DNA of 64,000 nt from Antedon mediterranea. Taxonomy: Eukaryota; Animalia; Echinodermata. How positions within the stretch are numbered: position 1 is the first letter of the stretch; the number at the start of each line of letters is the position of its first letter. The position numbers and the translations under genes are program-made. The DNA lies in contig NC_092675.1 of NCBI RefSeq assembly GCF_964355755.1, positions 7,807,812 through 7,871,811 of the forward strand, in the 5' to 3' direction. The notes beneath the pieces are model-generated. The model saw only the letters and a list, made by a program, of their open reading frames with translations, was not told where the DNA came from and made no database searches. Of the stretch, positions 59,101 through 64,000 are shown in pieces.

Positions 59101-62100
59101 AAATGTTTTGTATGTAAATATAGTGCACAATAAGACACAAATTGTTTGAGAAACAAGCATTATAGTATACTGTGTTAAACATACAACAACAAAACAACCA
59201 CTATAACAAAAAGTAACAACATGGAACTTACTGCTTTTTCTCGTATCAATTGTTCAAATGAATTCTTCTCCTTTTGGAGGGTTGTTAAGTAGCGTTGCTC
59301 TTCAGTTGATCCTTCGTACATTAGAAAGTAAACACGAAGTGGTAGATTCCCTCGCGTAGCTTTATATATCTTGAAAAAGGAATACAAATTATATATTTTT
59401 CAAAGTGGATCGAGAAATTTGTTATGGGGGGGGGGGGGGAGGGGAAGGAGAGAAGGAGAGAAAGGATAGCTGTATTTATAAACGATAAACAATTAAATAA
59501 AGTGTAAAAGGTAGCAGTGAGGGCATATGCAGATGATTATTATTACCTCTGCCAAATTCAAATTTTGGTTTATATATTTAGTTAGCAGGATTAATCAAAA
59601 AGTTATTGCCCGAATTTCACAAGATTTTAAAGGATGGTTTCATAGCTGTATGGGAACATGTAATTACATTTTATGCCTAGGAGGAGGCTTGCGCTCTCTG
59701 AGTGGCCTTCTTGTGAAATAAATTAAAATTGAATTATAAATCTGACGCTGTTTATTAACAATTCTGTCCTAAAAATCAGAAATCTGTCATCAACTACACT
59801 AGACCTTACATATTCCTTGGACTGTTATTTAGTTTTTTAATTACTTAACAACAAGCAATAATATACTCACTTCTAGTTGACGAACAAACTGAATCTCTGC
59901 ATCATATAAAATGACGTACGTTGGCTGAACTTCTTTTAATGTTCTTGTTAAATTATGTGGATCTCTGTGATTTAAAAAATGTAAAAAAAAACAATTGAAC
60001 GATCAAGATTTACTCATTTTATTTTAAATTAATGTGAACTATATGTTTTTCAGAGGATTATTGATTTTGAAAGTGGGCTCTCTAGAATTTATGGAAAAAC
60101 ATGTTTTGGTAAAAATAAACAAATATCTCTTTCTCTCTCTAAAGCTCTGTCTACACTATCAAACTTTATGTGACAACAAATGTGATGCACCCATATATGA
60201 ACATGATGATGTCATATCACTACCATATTTGGGTATACAGTATTACTATCATATTTGGGTGCATCATACTTTTTTTGTCAAACTAGTTTTTGACTACAAA
60301 ATAGAATTCATATTACTGAGTAAACAAAATAAAACAAACAAACGAAATACGTAATACTTACTCATTGCCATGAAGTGGATGGATGACAGTAGAGGGCGCT
60401 GTTACAATACCATAATATGCATCAAATGATGTCACTTGGACATCTGAAGATGCCTGGTCATTACCAGCATCAGGAATGCGTATTAAACTTCCTACCATCT
60501 GGGTCAATGTCTGCTCATCTTTGCCTCTTTCTGTTGGTTTTGATTTTGCAGTTCTTTTTCTTTTATTACCCTGGAAATAGAAGATGCACAAAGGGGGCAT
60601 ATTTAGATATTTGTTGATCTTCAGGAAAGTGCTGTGTAATGTCACAATTTCAATTTCGCAGAATGTTAATTTGTATATATAAATATGTGTTGATGGATTC
60701 AAACATGTACTACAAATGGAGAGAGGCATTATATACCAATATATAACAGTTTTGGTCCTCTCTCCTTCATTTTTGTTGTTGTTGTAATGTATTATACCAT
60801 ATGGACAATTGTCTGAAATAAAAGTTGAATTAAATTGAATAAAATGAGAATTATAGATAAATATCCTCCTTTTCTGCCTTTAACTCTCATTATAGTATAT
60901 AGCCTATGAAAGAATGTGATTGGATGAAATGGCTATGACTACATACATTATATTGCCCTATTGGGAAATGAAAAACGTTATATTGCCCTATTGGGAAATG
61001 AAAAAGGTTATATTGACAGGCGGTCTGATGTCACTAGAATAGAGTGTCATGTATGTGTCAATTAGTTAAACATCATTATATTCACTCTAATACAACATTT
61101 TCACCATTTCATTGGACTGTCCTATTTAACTTCGTTCCACATCATTACAGTCATTCAGCTCATAAAAATAGTTTTACTATTCAACTCATAAACATTAATT
61201 CATTGAAAATTGAATACTTACAGCAGCGTCATCTTTATCCTTGTCAGAAGTTTTAGACTGGAAATATTTATCAAATAACTTCAACAATACTGGCTTAGCA
61301 CCATTACAAAGAAAATCTTTTAGTTGTGAGCAAGTTCGGTCATCAGATGCACAGATCAAAACACGATTTGATTGACCTGAAATTTGGGCGAGTTTATTAA
61401 TGTAAAAACATAATAATAATATGTGTACTACTAATATATGTGTAATACTACTAATAATATATGCATTCATTGACCTAAAAATGTAATACAAAAATAACTA
61501 CTGTAAACATAAGTATAAAATAAATTTTATACAGATGTATGAAATGTAAAAATATCTTATTTGTAATATACATATGTATCTTAACCTGCTAATATTTGAT
61601 ATGTGTGTTTAAATAAAATGTGCATATTTGTGTGATTGTCTATTCACCTGTAGATTTACTGTCTTCCTTAATCTCATTCAAGGTATCTAATAATAACTGC
61701 CACTTCGGACATGGTTCAAGCTCGAGATCTAGAAGAAAACACAACAGGATACTGGCTAGTTCTGAATAGGGATCTAACATTTTCTCCAGTTGTCGTAATC
61801 ATTAATCATACTTAATCAACCCTTAAAATAAATATCTGAAAAATATCTTAAAAAAAGTTAATTCCATTCTATAAAAGACTGTTCGGCCAAGTTTCTGCAG
61901 GAAAAAAATAACCGATAATTAACTGATAAAAATTAACCGATAAACTGCCTGTGAAAACAGGGTTTAATCGATTCAACTCGAGAAAAATTAACCAATAGTT
62001 ATCTCATTCAAATTATCGGATAAATGGGATAATTTTTAACCCTTTTAACTGATGGACAAAGCATTGTGATTGGGCACCTGGTTGTTTGGTGATTAATGAT

Positions 62101-63650
62101 CATGTACACTTTAGTGGTTAAAAAATTAATCGATAATTATATTGTGGCTTCGGAAACTCTCTAAGCATTACCTTGTTCTTCTTCATCTTTTTTCTTTTCC
62201 TCTTTGTCGTCTGTTTTTTGTTTCTTGTTCTTTGAGGCGCCAAATATTCTTTCTTTTGCATGCTATAGAAATATAATAAAACTTTTCAACAACAACAAAA
62301 AATGTGTTCATGATGCCAAACACTATTAAGGGTTTATTTAATCAATTAATGATATGTAATAATGATATCTTATTAGAGAGCCTTTATATTTGGTAAACAG
62401 AGGTGGACATTTTAACATGGGGTACCTAAATATACTGTTGTAATAAATATTCATTCATGTAATTGTATATCTCAAATACAGTTAGTACTTGATGAGTTTA
62501 TCAAGGCTCTTTCTACCAATGATGATATTTTTGGCAAACAGACGTGGACATTTTAACATGGGGTACCTAAATATACTGTTGTAATATATTTTGTACTGTA
62601 TATCTCAAATACAGTGTTATGGTAAAATTCTTTACCATATTGTTTGTTGTCATGACTAAAAATAAAATGTTTTGATTTAATTTACCATAAACATTGTGTT
62701 TGCTGCATCTAAATAAAGCCAACCAGAGTTCTGTCCAAACTTTAGCTCACTTGATCTATAACAAAAATACAGTAACTCCAAACAATTACAGTATTAATAT
62801 TTTCCCAATTGTAGACAATTTACAGATTATAAAAGCATTGTTAAGTTTACAACTATTAGAGTTGTACATGGCACATCACTTGCTTTGTCTCAAAACTACT
62901 CAGACTTGGTATAGTCTATACTACAGATATACCCTTTCACACCAAAACTCCGGAGTGATCTCCGTAGACACCCTGGGGTTTATGACCATTAAAAACTCCG
63001 GAGATACCTCTTTCATACCAACCTAGCAACACCATGGTTTATAAAATAAAATTGTAAATGTCGCCCTATATTTTGTTTGTTTATATAGCGACCATCATTA
63101 GAATAATTAATTAATTAATTTAATAATTATTTTCAAAAGCCTCAGAAGTCATAATGTTTTATTGATACTACTTATTATTTTATAGACCCGCTATATATTT
63201 TGTACAAATAAGTAATTTTAAAATAAAACTAAAGCAATAAGTGATCGTGTGAGGATGACCTGTTGACCTCAAAACTCCTTTTACACCTAAACACCGGTGT
63301 GTCCCCGCAATTCACCCTCCGGAGAACATTCAGCTGTTGAACCCCGCTGTTTTGAACTCCGGAGTTGTTTGATTTTACCTTTCACACCAAAACACCGAGG
63401 CGTCAACTCCGGAGGGTCGCCGGAGTTTTGCTTTTGGTGTGAAATGGTATTAGATAGCAACCCCTTTACACACACAGCAAACAATAATATGGATACAGTT
63501 TTAATATTTCAAATGACAGGATCTAAATTGTTATTGTTACCTGAATGTGTTTAAATAATTATAGAATGTGATGCAATCATACTGAACAAGATACTGTAGA
63601 AGTAGACAAAGAAGCTTTAAATCAGCCACCAACTGCCTTGTTTTACCCGT
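55985..63650 (-). CDS. ERCC4: DNA repair endonuclease XPF (ERCC4), 3' portion: 13 exons, 604 aa; 5' exons lie beyond 64000
   Basis: complement join of 63541..63650, 62686..62755, 62172..62262, 61648..61728, 61222..61376, 60362..60570, 59871..59964, 59232..59369, 58510..58632, 57748..58008, 57087..57227, 56548..56684, 55985..56189 = 1815 nt in frame. Motifs: [48 protein letters not shown], nuclease VDMREFRS...[15 protein letters not shown], HhH LLKMPGIN. Confidence 0.96.
56318..56479. mobile_element. MITE family B in the last ERCC4 intron
   Basis: TAA|AGCTCTGTCTACACTAT...ATAGTGTAGACAGAGCT|TAA. Confidence 0.9.
56548..56684 (-). CDS. ERCC4: XPF exon (start of HhH2)
   Basis: [14 protein letters not shown]...[20 protein letters not shown](W). 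Confidence 0.92.
57087..57227 (-). CDS. ERCC4: XPF exon
   Basis: [47 protein letters not shown]. Confidence 0.93.
57748..58008 (-). CDS. ERCC4: XPF exon (ERCC4 nuclease active site)
   Basis: [14 protein letters not shown]...[24 protein letters not shown]...[14 protein letters not shown]; contains the GDXnERKX3D motif. Confidence 0.96.
58510..58632 (-). CDS. ERCC4: XPF exon
   Basis: [11 protein letters not shown]...[14 protein letters not shown]. Confidence 0.9.
58785..59048 (+). mobile_element. 5S rRNA-derived SINE (SINE3-type), decayed
   Basis: TTGGATGGGAGACCATCTGGGAATATCAGGTGTTGTA (58856-58892) matches the 3' third of animal 5S rRNA including box C; degenerate box A upstream; ~150-nt body ending TTTCATTCATTATTCA. 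Confidence 0.7.
59232..59369 (-). CDS. ERCC4: XPF exon
   Basis: [46 protein letters not shown]. Confidence 0.93.
59540..59714 (+). mobile_element. Helentron-associated non-autonomous element (HINE/DINE-like), degenerate
   Basis: 5' TTATTACCTCTGCCAA, internal TTAGCAGGATTAATCAAAAAGTTATTG, 3' CCTAGGAGGAGGCTTGCGCTCTCTGAGTGGCCTTCTTGT (subterminal inverted repeat plus small hairpin). Confidence 0.5.
59871..59964 (-). CDS. ERCC4: XPF exon
   Basis: [31 protein letters not shown]; donor GTGAGT. Confidence 0.92.
60143..60288. mobile_element. MITE family B, right end lost
   Basis: TAA|AGCTCTGTCTACACTATCAAACTTTATGTGACA...TTTTTTGTCAAACTAGTTT. Confidence 0.8.
60362..60570 (-). CDS. ERCC4: XPF exon
   Basis: GNKRKRTAK...TLTQMV...[20 protein letters not shown]; donor GTAAGT. 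Confidence 0.88.
60949..61016. repeat. 30-bp tandem duplication
   Basis: TATATTGCCCTATTGGGAAATGAAAAA(C/G)GT x2. Confidence 0.85.
61222..61376 (-). CDS. ERCC4: XPF exon
   Basis: [23 protein letters not shown]...DDAA; donor GTAAGT. Confidence 0.92.
61648..61728 (-). CDS. ERCC4: XPF exon
   Basis: [27 protein letters not shown]; phase 1-1. Confidence 0.9.
62172..62262 (-). CDS. ERCC4: XPF exon
   Basis: [30 protein letters not shown]; AG/GT flanks, phase 0 to 1. Confidence 0.85.
62386..62615. repeat. ~140-bp local tandem duplication in an ERCC4 intron
   Basis: GTGGACATTTTAACATGGGGTACCTAAATATACTGTTGTAATA and TGTATATCTCAAATACAGT each occur twice. Confidence 0.85.
62686..62755 (-). CDS. ERCC4: XPF exon
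   Basis: [23 protein letters not shown]; AG/GT flanks. Confidence 0.9.
62929..63450. mobile_element. MITE with 19-bp TIR and repeated ACTCCGGAG / TTTCACACC motifs
   Basis: ATACCCTTTCACACCAAAA / TTTTGGTGTGAAATGGTAT; no clear TSD. Confidence 0.7.
63541..63650 (-). CDS. ERCC4: XPF exon (helicase-like domain)
   Basis: [36 protein letters not shown](R); AG/GT flanks, phase 2 out. Confidence 0.88.
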
Positions 63651-63734
63651 CTAAAAAATAATAAGGTAAAATTCACTGTATCAATAATAATCTGCTCAAT
63701 TCTTGGATCTTAATCCTGTGGTTGCATTCACTAA

Positions 63735-63913
63735 AGCTTGGTTCCCACTAGAACGTAACGCAAGGACGTAAACGCAACGCAAGCGTTTTAACCAATGACA
63801 AGCGAAGTTATAGACAGTTAGCAATCACAAGCGAATAAGCCATCGCTTGTGATTGGTCAATTCGCTTGCGTTGCGTTTACGTCCTTGCGTTACCTTCTAG
63901 TGGGAACCAAGCT
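63735..63913. mobile_element. MITE family A subtype 1
   Basis: TAA|AGCTTGGTTCCCACTAG...CTAGTGGGAACCAAGCT|TTA; nearly identical to 20423-20601; inserted into the first of two TCCTGTGGT..ATTCAC..ATCTCCCT repeats. Confidence 0.88.
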
Positions 63914-63983
63914 TTATCAAAATATCTCCCTTCCTGTGGTCGTATTCACCAATCGAAATAATCTCCCTTAAACAGAGATGTTT

Positions 63984-64000
63984 ACTGTAATATCTCTATG
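63984..64000. mobile_element. TIR of the same P-type family as 29710
   Basis: ACTGTAATATCTCTATG is 16/17 identical to the right TIR of 29710-29745; flank falls outside the window. Confidence 0.5.

Noticed and set aside
16372-63650. Functional cluster linking midnolin, a NEDD4-recruiting receptor and XPF
   Set aside because: Gene adjacency in animal genomes is not evidence of a shared pathway; no shared promoter or operon-like feature is visible, and synteny could not be tested.

Overview
AT-rich, intron-rich animal genomic DNA. The gene content and repeat types fit an invertebrate, probably a deuterostome such as an echinoderm, but the species cannot be fixed from sequence alone. Three spliced protein-coding genes were reconstructed by hand from GT-AG sites and phase. 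(1) A complete midnolin (MIDN) ortholog on + (7 coding exons, 16372-39238, 363 aa: Ubl, Catch1, Catch2, C-terminal helix), preceded by ~16 kb with no recognisable coding gene. (2) A complete type-I membrane receptor on + (6 exons, 41552-52163, 506 aa: signal peptide, 3 SRCR domains, EGF, TM, tail ending in PPPY). (3) The last 13 exons of ERCC4/XPF on - (63650-55985); its 5' part lies beyond the window. Non-coding DNA holds many non-autonomous transposons: PIF/Harbinger-type MITEs, TTAA-targeting Kolobok-like MITEs, P-type elements with 7-bp TSDs down to ~35 bp, a foldback element with minisatellite arms, tRNA- and 5S-derived SINEs, LINE 3' ends, a solo LTR and a 1.4-kb 19/13-bp satellite. The most striking unexplained signals are at least 37 copies of the palindrome TAGGCCTA, with CTAG/AGGCCT clusters just inside the first coding intron of both + genes and near-absence in the CpG-poor ERCC4 body, and 7 perfect CRE sites confined to the midnolin locus. 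All counts are manual and no database searches were run.
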